Positions 52,011 to 63,342 of a stretch of 64,000 bases of DNA are shown in pieces. The translations under genes were made by a program, and so were the position numbers. The notes beneath the pieces were generated by a model, which worked only from the letters and a program-made list of their open reading frames with translations, did not search any database and was not told the origin of the DNA. Source of the stretch: Octopus sinensis (Eukaryota); the NCBI RefSeq assembly GCF_006345805.1, contig NC_043005.1, forward strand, positions 23,002,001 to 23,066,000, read 5' to 3'. Every line of letters starts with the position of its first letter. Positions within the stretch are counted from its first letter, which is position 1.

Positions 52011-52569
52011 CTGAAATCAAGAACATAATCATTTAATAATATGTGAACTTAAAATAATAGAGGTATAATGTGTAAAAAAAAAAAACTATTTCAATGACAC
52101 ACCAAGGGATATTAAATGATTGTGAAATGTTTAGGACAGAGCTTTTTGATTTGATAGAGTGTATGAATAAAAACCAAAAGGTTGCTTGTTTATATCCCAG
52201 CAGTAGCAATATTAAGTCTATGGACAAACAATTCTTGCTTATATTATCAAGAACAATGCTTCAAGTAAGCCATATACAAACTCAGTCCACCTATCTACAA
52301 CCAGCTATCACTGTTTAAATGCAAAGTGTTTCGTTAGCTTAAAGAACTGACTTCAAATATATTTACATATATATTGTATAAAGGACCATGGGTAAGACCA
52401 GAACAATGCAAAGTAAATTGAAGGCAAAACAAAAAAAATAAATAAATAAATGTAGAAAATGGGGTCATAACCTTGAAATATTGAATACAAGGTAAGTCTA
52501 CATTAATTCATATATTTGTTTTCTTGTGATTTATACAATATATTCTACACAATGTTTCATAGTAATTAT

Positions 52570-53865
52570 TCCATAGCCATTAGAACAAAGAAACAGGCCT
52601 GGAAGGGTGGGGATAGCAGGGAACTGTACCAGGTAACCAAAAAGGAGGCTGGGCAGCAGGTATACATAGCCAAGAGCGAAGCAGAAAAGAAGTTTGCCAA
52701 TGTCCAGCGACGTGAGGACCAAAGAACTGAGGTATTTTGGACTGCAAGACAGTGTGATGTCATAGGAGAGAAATGTGTCCGCATGGATGATGGTGCACTC
52801 GCTTTTAATGTTTCTGAAAAGAAAGAGGCTTGGAGAAGCCATTATGAAAGACTGCTGAATGGAAGGAGGAGAGCCTGCCAAATGTTGACCCAGTAGAAGG
52901 ACCAGCTATTCAGATAGACAGCTCCCTAGTAGATAAAGCAATTAAGGGTATGAAGCCAGGAAAAGCCCTCAGCCCATCAGGAATCACTGCTGAGATGTTT
53001 AAAACATCTGGTGGTGTGGGCTATGGCCTAGTCACCCGCATTGTAAACCAGGTAGTTCATGATGGAGTCATACCCAACAACTGGCGTAGCAGCACCATAG
53101 TCAACTGCTACAAGGGTAAAGGTGATGCTCTAGATAGAAATAATTACAGGGGTATCAAACTGCTGGATCAGGTGATGAAGGTCAAGGAGAGGGTCATAAC
53201 CCATCTCATCAATTGTGGAATTGGAGAAAGCCTTTGACAGGCCCTTTACAGAGAGGCCATTAGTAAGGTTAGGATAGGATAGGCAATTAGTGAAGAATTC
53301 CAGGTAGAAGTAGGCCTTAGAGTCAATGTAGCAAAGACCAAAGTTCTAGTAAGTAGCAAAGCGAACTCATCACACACACCCTTAGGTAGGTGGCCCTACT
53401 CGATCTGTAGAAAAGGTGGCGGTAGAAACTACATAGGATGTACCCAGTGTAAGCTATGGACATATGAAAGGTGCAGCAATATCAAAGGAAAATTAACCGA
53501 GATGATAGCTTTCAGATATTCAGAAAACAGATTCCATCACACTCCAGGGGGAGAAACTAGAAGTAGTTGATAGTTTCCACTACCTAGGAGACCAAGTTAG
53601 TAGTGGGGGTGGATGCTCGGAGAGTGTTACTGCTACAATAAGAATAGCCTGGGCAAAGTTTAGAAAGCTTCTTCTCCTACTGGCGACAAAGGGTCTCTCG
53701 CTCAGAGTGAAAGGTAGATTGTACGACGCATGTGTGCGAACTGCCATACTTCATGGCAGTGAAACATGGGCCGTGACTGCGGAGGACATGCATAGGCTCG
53801 AAAGAAATGAAGCTAGCATGATCCACTGGATGTATAATGTCAGAGTGCATGCATGACATAGCTCT
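52570..53865 (+). mobile_element. Older internally deleted RTE copy in a UQCC1 intron (antisense)
   Basis: Aligns patchily with 6985-8720, including the PHD region. Confidence 0.85.
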
Positions 53866-54418
53866 ACTTGATACAATAACATCCATATAGCAAAAGTTCA
53901 GCCTTTTTTCCAGAAAACAGAAGAGTATTGGAAAGGTTGTAATATTTGGATCTGGATATCATACTAACAAGATCAACTAAAAATGAGACCACATGTTTGA
54001 ACAAAACAAAAGTTGAATTTAGCCATCCAACGACTGTGTAGAGATGACCTACAGTTCAGTGTGTGTAGTGATGATCTATGGAAATACGCCATAAATATGT
54101 GTGAAATGATTTTTATTTGCTGACCAACAATCACACAACTGGTAATCAGAATTTAAGTCTGGATCCAATAATAAAATTGATTTAAATTGTATAATTTCAG
54201 ATGATCTGGTGCCTATTATTCTCAATGAGAGAACTAACTTAATGGACAGTAACATTTTCTATCCAGAAACACAATGAAAAGGTAGTAAAATATTTGTATA
54301 CATATCCAGTTAGTAGGTAGTCCAATATTTTATCCATGGCCATTTCAGGACAATCTATGATTTAAAAGTTTAATAAGTTACACAGTTGACTATAATCTGT
54401 ACAAGACATGTTTCTCAC

Positions 54419-54490
54419 CTCATCATATGAAAATAAAGCAGCATTAAAGTGAAATACAAGATCATGTAAGGCTTCTTGATTTTGTGAAGG
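54419..54490 (-). CDS. UQCC1: UQCC1 exon (72 nt)
   Basis: tattttcag| PSQNQEALHDLVFHFNAALFSYDE |gtgaga; phase 0-0. Confidence 0.9.
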
Positions 54491-55833
54491 CTGAAAATAA
54501 TAAAAAATTCCTTTAGAATATACCATATTATAAACACTGACATATTGCTTTTAATATTAGCTTTGTCACACTGTTGCTGAACACTTATCTGTAGGTTTCC
54601 CTGTGTATTATTCCAAGCAATAATGTCCTTCCATTTAATTGCAGTTCAGCTTTGAAAGTTACAACTAGTTTTTATCTACCCAAAACCTGAAGAAAACATT
54701 GCAAGTGAGAGGTGCCAAATATCAGAAAGATTCAGGGAACCTTTGATTTCAATAGCGTTAAGTAAATGAAAGACAAATCTTTTCACAGACTGGATATTTG
54801 TCTATTATAGCTTTCTCATAGAGAAACTGAATCCAGGACTGCAAGCCAACAAATCCTTCATCAATTGTACACTAATCAGAATAGACACATTACTGACTTA
54901 GAGTAATGTGGATTTAATCATCAATGGTTAAGTGTCTTGGCCATCAAATACAAGGCAACATCACTGTGAACTACAGAGCCTGGGGCTGTTTATCAGCCAC
55001 ACTATCAATAACAACATTCTCATGATAATTAGAATTAATAATAATTGTTTCTAATTTAGACACAAGGCCAGCAATTTTGAGGGGAGCAACTCTTGTTGAA
55101 TGGTACTTTATTTTAACAAACTGGGTGGGATGAGTGGCAAAGTTGATGTTGGCAGGATTTGAACTCATAGCATAAAGTGCTAGAACAAATGTTTTCAAAT
55201 TTTGGCTCAATGCAAGGAATTTTAAGGCAGGGAGCAAGTTGATTACATCGACCCCATTGCTAAACTGGTAATTATTTTATCAACACCAAAAAGATGGAAG
55301 GTAAAGTCAACCTTGGTGAAATAAAAGAGAGCTGGAGCAAATATTACAAGTCATTTCAGTCCAAGTCATCTAACATAGGTCTGAAATTTGAGTGGAAGAA
55401 GACCATAATCGACTGAATCAATCACACTACTTAATTGACACTATTTTATCAACCTTGGAATGATGATGAAAGACTGAGTCAACTTTAGCAGGATTTGAAC
55501 TCTGAGTATACACAGATATAAAATAATATGGCAAAGCAAAGCTCTAACGAATGCGCCAATCCACAGTGTAATTGTTTCTAATTTAAGTACAAGGCTAGTT
55601 GTTTTGAGGGGTTAGTGTTAGTCAATATTATTGACCCTAATATTTAATTGGTACTTTATTTCATCAACTCTGTGGGGATAAAAAGCAGTGTTGACTTTGG
55701 TAAGATTTAAACTCAAGGCATAAAAACTGAAAACCATTTTTCTGATGCATTTATGATTATGCTATTTCACTGCCTTACCAAAGCTACTAGCAATAATAAC
55801 AACAAAAAATAATAATGGTAATAACTCTATAAA

Positions 55834-56064
55834 GGCGGCGAGCTGGCAGAAACGTTAGCACGTCGGACGAATTGCGTAGCCGTATTTCCTCTGCCGTTAC
55901 GTTCTGAGTTCAAATTCCGCCGAGGTCGACTTTTCCTTTCATCCTTTTGGGGTCAATTAATTAAGTACCAGTTACGCACTGGGGTCGATGTAATCGACTT
56001 AATACCTATGTCTGTCCTTGTTTGTCCCTTCTGTGTTTAGCCCCTTGTGGGTAATAAAGAAATA
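55834..56064 (+). mobile_element. Young full-length tRNA-derived SINE
   Basis: Head ggcggcgagctggcagaaacgttagc, B-box gagttcaaattcc; 17-bp TSD ggtaataactctataaa at 55817-55833 and 56065-56081. Confidence 0.9.
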
Positions 56065-56223
56065 GGTAATAACTCTATAAATTATTATGGTAAAAAATCT
56101 TTAAAATTCATGTTAATAATCCATAAAATCAATAATAATTAAGTAAATCAGTGATAATTAAGATAATCAATAATAATAATAATTAATGACAAAGTTTATT
56201 AAATGTATAAATAAAGTTCTTAC

Positions 56224-56341
56224 TCCTCCTCCTCCAACTTTACTCGTCCGTTTTTTCACATCAGCCCAGAATGCTTTGACAAAGTTTTTACGGACAAATT
56301 CTCCTTCAAGCTGAGCTTGGGATAGTCGTACTAAAATCAAC
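56224..56341 (-). CDS. UQCC1: UQCC1 exon (118 nt)
   Basis: ttattctgtag| (W)LILVRLSQAQLEGEFVRKNFVKAFWADVKKRTSKVGGGG |gtaaga; the first base completes the TGG begun in the previous exon. Confidence 0.9.
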
Positions 56342-58367
56342 CTACAGAATAAAAGACAAAGGTTGTAATAATAATCATAATAATAGTAATGATGATAATG
56401 ATGATGATGGTTTCAAATTTTGGCAGAAAGCCAGTAATTTCAGGGGAATGGTTAAGCTGATTACATTGATCCCAGTAATCGTTACTTATTTTATCAATCC
56501 CCAAAAGAATAAAATGCAAAGTCAACAGAGGCAAAATTTGAACACAAAATGCTGCTGAGCATAATAATAATAATAATGGTTTTTGTTTCAGACACAAAGT
56601 TTTAACCAGAAGATTCAGAGAGGGGGCTAGTAGATTCCATTGATCCCAATGGTTGACTGATACTTATTCTATCTACTCCAGAAGGATAAAAAGCAAAATT
56701 GACCTTGGCAGGATTTGAACTCACAGCATAAGGAACATAAAGAGCCAAATCAAATACCAGAGAGATGAAAGGCAAAATTGACCCTGGCTGGATTTGAATT
56801 CAGAATAGAGAGAGGCAGAAGAAATATCACAAGGCATTTTTTTTCCCAGTGCTTTAACAATTCTGCTAATCCAACACCTTAACAACAACATCATCATCAT
56901 CATTTAACATCTGCTTTCCATGCTGGCATGAGTAGGACAGTTTTACAGGGAACCAACAAGCTGCATCGGGCTCCAATGTCATCTTTGGCATGGTTTCTAT
57001 GTCTGGATGCCCTTCCTAATGCCAACCACTTTACAGAGTGTACTGGTTGCTTTTTTTTTTCATGTCACTGGCACTAGTGAGATTGTCATGAAACTTGCAA
57101 GATATAAAAGACAATAATAATAACTGTTTCCGTTTTGAGCCAGCAATTCTGAGAGTTGGGCAGTGAGTAGTGAATACCATCAAAACAGTACTTGACTGGT
57201 ACTTTATTTTATTGGCCCCAAAAGGATGAAAGGCAAAGCAAAGGTAGCTTCAGCAGGATTTGAGCTCAGATCATAAGAGCTGCAATATATTTTCACTGAC
57301 ACTAACGAGCCTTAATAATTTCTGTTTTAAGTACAAAGCCAGTAACTTGGGGGAGGGTTTAGTCAATTAATTAAATTCTGTTATTTGATTGGTACTCTAT
57401 TCTAGTGGCCCTGGACACCTGAATGGCAATTGTGAAGTTCACCTTGACAAGATTTGAACAAAGAATGTAAAGAGCCGTAGCTAAATACCACAAGGGATTT
57501 GGGTTCAATTCTGTTGATCCCTTCACCTTATAGTTTCTTTTGTTGCTACAAATGAGACAACTGATGGGGAGGGACAAGGACAAAATATTGAAACCAGTGA
57601 TGAGAGAGAGGTTATATGGAATATGGAAACAGACATAAGAAACAGGAATAAAAACATACAGTGAAATAAAATGATTTATAACAATTACCTACAAGGATCT
57701 CTCTGGTATTGCTCCAATGACTGATGGGAAGTGTGATCTCAATTTTCAGCAGTTATCCACCTAATCAAGACTGGCCTCAACACACACATCCATATTTGAT
57801 GGTGATGATGGTTGAGCACTATCTAATCAATCCCCAAGTATACAGCTGGTACTTATTTTACTTTATTGACACTAGGATATTGAAAAACAAAATCAACCCC
57901 AGCAGGATTTGAACTTAAATGTAAAGAGGCATAATTGAATACCTTTCAACTAACAATAATAATGATGATGATGATGATGATGATTGTTTCAAATTTTGGT
58001 ACAAAGCCAGCAACTTTGGGGGCAGAGGCTTAGGCAATTTCTTCAACCCCAACACTCAACTAGTGCTTATTTTATCATCCCTGAAAGGACAAATAGGAAA
58101 GTTGACTTTGGTGGGATTTGAAAGCAGAACATAAAGAGCTGGAAGAAGTGCTGCTAAACATTTTGTCCAACGTGCAAGTCGTTCTGTCAGTTATGAAATA
58201 TTTACTTCGAATAGATTTTGGATTAGTGATTGTATTATTGATCTATGTTTTTAGTATTTATTTATCAAGAGACAGACAGACAGTTGGAGGAAGTGAGGAA
58301 GAATTAAGAGAAGAGGTGAATGGATGAACTCAGTGTAATAAAAAGCATATTAAAAAAATTTCCTTAC

Positions 58368-58425
58368 CAAACATGTAGTTCTGAGAGTAAGAACCATGAT
58401 AGATATGTATCATCTAATTGGAAAT
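58368..58425 (-). CDS. UQCC1: UQCC1 exon (58 nt)
   Basis: cttatttcag| (D)FQLDDTYLSWFLLSELHV(W) |gtaagg; matches the CBP3 DT..SWF....LHVW motif. Confidence 0.93.
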
Positions 58426-58859
58426 CTGAAATAAGAAGATATCATTAATATATATATACATACATGTATATAAAGAATTTTGTGAACCAAGAAGATGGAA
58501 TGAACAGGCTTTAATTAACAAAACACAACAACTGTTTCTGTTGAGTAATAATGAATGTTCGTTACTGAGTTTTCCAAATCATACTTTTACATAAATTATT
58601 TTATAAATAATTACATAAGTAAATATGATTCAGCAACAGGTGAATTGCTTTGATAGCACTGCAGGCACACAGTCACTGTTGAATCAAACTTAACCTGTGC
58701 ACATAAGCAAATGTAGGATATTGTAATCACTCGTCTGTTTGTTTATGTGTTTGCAAAACTACTGGAAAATGGCTGAACGGCTTTTCACCAAATTTGGCAG
58801 AAATACTCATTGGGTAAGTGGCTCAAAATGACAAAAATTTGGTTTGATTATATTCAAAC

Positions 58860-59410
58860 ATATATAAATATACACATAGGTATGCGACTGTGTGTGTTTG
58901 TACAGTGATGGATTCGAAGGTTTCATTTATTTACAAGTTGATTTCTTAATTCCAACAGAGTATAAATACCTATAATGGTGATACTTCAAAAAAAAACAAT
59001 TTTTTTAAAAACTGAACTTACAAATTTCCCAATAAACAAGTGGTCATTTTATTTATATCCTACAACAAACTACAGTTGATTCACCTGCTGTCATTGAAAG
59101 GTGTTCAAAATACTTCTCAGATTCTATAAAATATTTTTCAATAAGTATTTCATTTTGTTCTTTTTCTTTTCCATATGAATCAACCTTTGTCCATCTGTGT
59201 GTAGATCATGGTGTACCTATGCACGTATACACATATGGGTACATACATACATAGATATGCGACTGTGTGTGTATGTAAGCGTTTGTACAGTGATGGATTT
59301 GAAGGTTCTGTTTATTTGTGAGTTGATTTCTTAATTTCGGAGTATGAATACTTATAATGGTGATACTTAAAAAAGAAAAGGATTTTTTAAAATTGAACTT
59401 ACAAATTTCC
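58860..59410 (+). repeat. Imperfect direct repeat of about 160 bp (58865-59030 and 59245-59410), possibly inside a Helitron-like relic
   Basis: Both contain tatgcgactgtgtgtgt..tgtacagtgatggatt..gttgatttcttaatt..tataatggtgatactt..gaacttacaaatttcc. Confidence 0.7.
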
Positions 59411-59958
59411 TGATAAGTAAGTTTAATAAAACACTTACAAAGCTTAATTCAGTTCAATTAAACAGTACAGGTAAGCAACGCATTGTAAGCCACACTATAA
59501 TTTGTGAAAAAAATTTATGTGCACAGGGTATGCATCAACCCTCCAATGCTGTTTCTTTCATTATGAAATTATTTAGAAAATAATTTATGTAATTGTATGA
59601 TATGGAAAACTCAGCAGCCAACAGCTGTTACTACTTTACAGAAACAATTGCATTTTATTACTTAAAGCTTGTTCATTCCATCTTCTTGGTTTACAAATTT
59701 CTTTATATAAATTTCGTATATACTCATGTAGTTCCACATGTCTATTCAGCAAAAGGAATAACCCTACTGTATGATGGCATATAGTGGCCAATAACCCAAC
59801 AGAGGCTTTGAAACACATGTTACGAGGTTATTACTCAGATAATATTTTGTGTGTGTGTATGTGTGGGATGTTTTCTCAAGAAGCACATCTGCTCATTCCA
59901 TTATTACTGTTGTATGACAATCAAAATACTTAATAAAATTGAGAATTATGGAAATATT

Positions 59959-60267
59959 TCGTTTTTGGATTTGGTTTGCATGATTCTTTATGTGAGTTCG
60001 TGTGTTGAAGCATATTCTGTTGTGTCTGGGGAGAGTCATTTTCTTTTTGTGCCTTATAATTTAACACACTCACCGGTAAAATTTCCACTTATTTCCTATT
60101 TTTATTTTCCTAAAATTTTTGTTGCGTCTTGCAGACTATTGATAAGATTGCAAGACGCAATGAAAATTTTAGGAAAATAAAAATAAGAAATAAGTGGAAA
60201 TTTTACCAGTGAGTGTGTTAAATTATAAGGCACAAAAAGAAAATGACTCTCCCCAGACACAACAGAA
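59959..60267. mobile_element. Fold-back element, copy 2 (opposite orientation), in a UQCC1 intron
   Basis: Inverted arms of the 43927 family; 12-bp TSD tatggaaatatt at 59947-59958 and 60268-60279. Confidence 0.88.
60136..60172 (+). ncRNA. Variant (U3-A8) minimal hammerhead motif
   Basis: cta-TTGATAA-g-attgc-aagac-gcaat-GAAA-A-TT-T-tag. Confidence 0.5.
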
Positions 60268-60699
60268 TATGGAAATATTATTTGCAGAGTTGTTGTATAA
60301 CAAAATAGGAAAGTGGACATTTTTTGGTGTTATTTATTCCCATAACACGTGTTTCATTTGCAAATAGAAATTACAAAAATTTACATGTTACATGGACACA
60401 CAAGAAATCGCACATCAGTAATTCATCAGAGAGGGAAAATTAAAATAATAATTTTCTATTAGCAAATGAAACATGCATTATGGAGAATAAATGATCTTAA
60501 AAAATGTCTACTTTCTTATTTTGTTTCAATCACTGGATTGCAGCCATGCTTGAAGGGTTTTAGTTGAACAAATCAACCTCAGAACTTATTTTTTTAAAGG
60601 GTGGTACTCATTCTATTGGCTTCTTTTGCCAAACCACTAAGTTACAGGGACATAAACAAACCAACACCAGATGTCAAGCAGTAGTGGGAGGCAAACACA

Positions 60700-61306
60700 A
60701 ATAATCGGGCATATAAGCCCTCAACAGAAAAAAGTAGGCTTTCCCGTACACATAGGACTTGAACCTACATCCCTTTGTTAACGCGACTAAGTGTGTTACT
60801 GACTACACCAGTGAACCAGCCTGCTTCTTTCTGCCAAATTTAAGAGCTATGTTAGTTCGTAATTGTTTTTGTAAACAAACTTTATGTGCTTTCGGTGCAA
60901 ATGGTTTTGTTAAGCAGTGTCGAGTTTTACAATTCTATAAGTAATAAAAATGGTATTTTTTTATAAGCTTAAAGCTTATATTGATCACCATGTAAATGAC
61001 TAAGGAAAACAAAGTTTATGTGCTTTTGGTGAGAACTAATATAGTCCTTAAATTTGACAGAAAGGAGCAAGCTGGTTTGCTGGTGTAATTAGTAACACAG
61101 TTGCGTTAACAAAGGAATGTGGGTTCAAGTCCAACACATACAAGAAAGCCTACTTTTTTCTGTCGAGGGCTTATATGCTCCATTATTAGACTAATTTTCC
61201 TTAGTCATTTTCATGGTGATTGCTATAAACTTTAAGCTTATAAAAAATACCATTATTATTATTTACAGAATTGTAAAACTTGACACCGCTTAACAAAACC
61301 ATTCAC
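60700..61306. repeat. Interleaved inverted repeats carrying two tRNA-Asn-like pseudogene copies
   Basis: A- 60700-60858 / A+ 61033-61187; B+ 60898-61009 / B- 61195-61306. A contains an A-box-like tggtgta, gttaac, B-box ggttcaagtcc and a T6 run. Confidence 0.7.
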
Positions 61307-61436
61307 ATCATCATCATCGTCATCATCATCATCATCGTTTAGCGTCCGTTTTCCATGCTAGCATGGGTTGGACGGTTCTACTGGGGTCTGTGAAGCCAGA
61401 AGGCTTCATCAGGCCCAGTCAAATCTGGCAGTGTTT

Positions 61437-61437
<1 letters not shown>
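61307..61437 (-). mobile_element. Very short young RTE tail insertion
   Basis: Nearly identical (one substitution seen) to the reverse complement of 9510-9634; followed by (TA)n at 61438-61477. Confidence 0.9.
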
Positions 61438-61481
<44 letters not shown>

Positions 61482-61599
61482 GTACAGAATGATAATGACA
61501 GGCTTGCCCTTTCTGATGTTCTGATGCTGAAAGAGCCATGAAAGTGGTGTGTAGGTAGTTAGGTACACAGACACACACCTGCATAAATATGGCACACAC

Positions 61600-61779
61600 A
61601 CATACCTTCAATGACTTTATCACCACCAGAACGCAGAATTTTTACGCTACTGGCATAAATAAATTTGTTTTGCGTTGGCAAAAGTGTGTTGATTTCGATT
61701 AATAAAGTTTTGTTTGAGCCAAGATATGTGCATCTGAATTTAAAAGTTAAAACCCACAAGAACTTTCTTGACAACCTAA
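61600..61779 (+). mobile_element. Mariner transposon 3' end
   Basis: TFNDFITTR..NFYATGINKFVLRWQKCVD, then TIR ..ctttcttgacaaccta|ata. Confidence 0.7.
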
Positions 61780-62485
61780 TAACTGGTGGTGTTAAACTAA
61801 GCAACAAATTAAGTCTTTTCTCTCAATAGACAATGACAAGATTTGAACTACACTACTACTTCATTTATCAAATCTGGAAGGATGAAAGTCAAAGTTGATT
61901 TGAACTAAGGTGTCAAAATAAATCTCACAATATATTTAGTCCAAAACTCTAAGGACTTGACCACTTCACTGTCCAGATATAGAACAATCAAATGGATTAG
62001 GTTTTATACACCACCTGTTCATGAGACACAAGTTCAAATTTGCTATTAACATTTTGTAGTAGTGGTTCTAAATAGAACATTATATTCTACGTTACCTTTG
62101 TCTATTAAACTGCTGAAAGAAAAAGGTACCTACAGATTGTCAGAGAATGTTACCAAAGATAGAATGGTATCCAATCAAGGAATGATCTCATCCTCACTGT
62201 AGTTTCTCTGGACCTTAATCTAGATTACACCTGTTCACCTTGTTAATGATAGGAATCCCTAAATTACTTGGGAATATCACCAATAATACACAAGTATTTC
62301 TTATCTCTTGTTTGTTTCAGGTCATGAGATAGGAGCCAAACTTCAGCTCACAAAGAGTGCCTTGTAGAAAGTGGGGAGATATCTCAATATTTATAGCATG
62401 AAATGTAAAGAAAATCAGACTTGATGAGAGAGACAAAGAAAGAAGAGAGAAAGAGGAACACAAACGTTATCCAAAGAGAACTTAC

Positions 62486-62558
62486 CATGAATCATTTCTA
62501 TATAATCAGGAATTTCTGTAGAACACATATACATACTATAAGACGATCTTGCTAATCT
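62486..62558 (-). CDS. UQCC1: UQCC1 exon (73 nt); most upstream exon found in the window
   Basis: tttctttttcag| RLARSSYSMYMCSTEIPDYIEMIH-g |gtaagt; the terminal g plus at from the next exon gives GAT (Asp). Confidence 0.85.
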
Positions 62559-62913
62559 CTGAAAAAGAAAAAAAAACAAGAAAATGCTTATATATACACA
62601 CACACACACACATAATGAACTCAAGTTGTGACTTCAATTTTTGGACCACACAATGTGGCATGTCTTTGCATAAAGCACATTATTTCAAGTTATCCCAGTC
62701 TTCCCCTATGAAAATGAGTGCCAGCTAACTGCTGGTGCAAACCTATTTTCCTCCAGCTATCACATTGTAAATATTCTGTTGGCTCAAGTGTGAGGGAGTG
62801 CTAATGTCTGCTTATAACTACATATCCATCTAAAATAATTAAAGAAAGAGTAACACAAGCTACAGCTAAGCTTTTATACATATAGATATATATATATAAT
62901 ATATATAGTTGAA

Positions 62914-63342
62914 TTCTGTTGTGTCTGGGGAGAGACATTCTCTTTTAGTGCCTTATTATTTAACTCTTTAGTATTTAAACCGGCCATATCCGGCCAAAAT
63001 ATTTAATCTGTTTTATGTTCAAACTGACTGGATCCAGGCTCTCACACCTACCCTACAATGTTATTCTACATTAAGTAATTACACCATCAAGATCTTGAAG
63101 ATATGAGATAATGCATGATTAATTCAAATCAATGTGAATCAATAAGCATTATGTTTGATAGAATAATTGGAACACTAAAGGGTTAACACACTCACCGGTA
63201 AAATTTCCACTTATTTCTTATTTTTATTTTCTAAAATTTTCGTTGCGTCTTGCATGAAAAGGTTGCAAGATGCAACGAAAATTTTAGAAAATAAAAATAA
63301 GAACTCATATAAAGAATCTTGCAAACCAAATCCAAAAACGAA
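62914..63342. mobile_element. Fold-back element, copy 3, interrupted by a piggyBac MITE
   Basis: 13-bp TSD atatatagttgaa at 62901-62913 and 63343-63355; same outer ends as copies 1 and 2. Confidence 0.85.
62964..63182 (+). mobile_element. piggyBac-like MITE
   Basis: TTAA|ctctttag...ctaaaggg|TTAA; the single TTAA of the host arm is duplicated (62960-62963, 63183-63186). Confidence 0.85.

Larger units (their letters stand above)
54930..58200. mobile_element. Dense cluster of decayed SINEs in UQCC1 introns, both orientations
   Basis: Roughly ten remnants of the ggatttgaactc / gtcaactttg / aagtacc motifs. Confidence 0.65.

Noticed and set aside
52094-52318. Track ORF MTHQGILNDCEMF... as a gene
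   Set aside because: Antisense within a UQCC1 intron, no acceptor, no family motif.
60740-60830. Functional tRNA-Asn genes at 60740-60830 and 61070-61145
   Set aside because: Acceptor and anticodon stems do not pair properly; treated as pseudogene-like.
62486-62515. Shorter 30-nt version of the UQCC1 exon using the internal tacag acceptor
   Set aside because: The upstream acceptor at 62559 gives a 73-nt exon whose extra residues align with the CBP3 family; the short form remains only a possible alternative.
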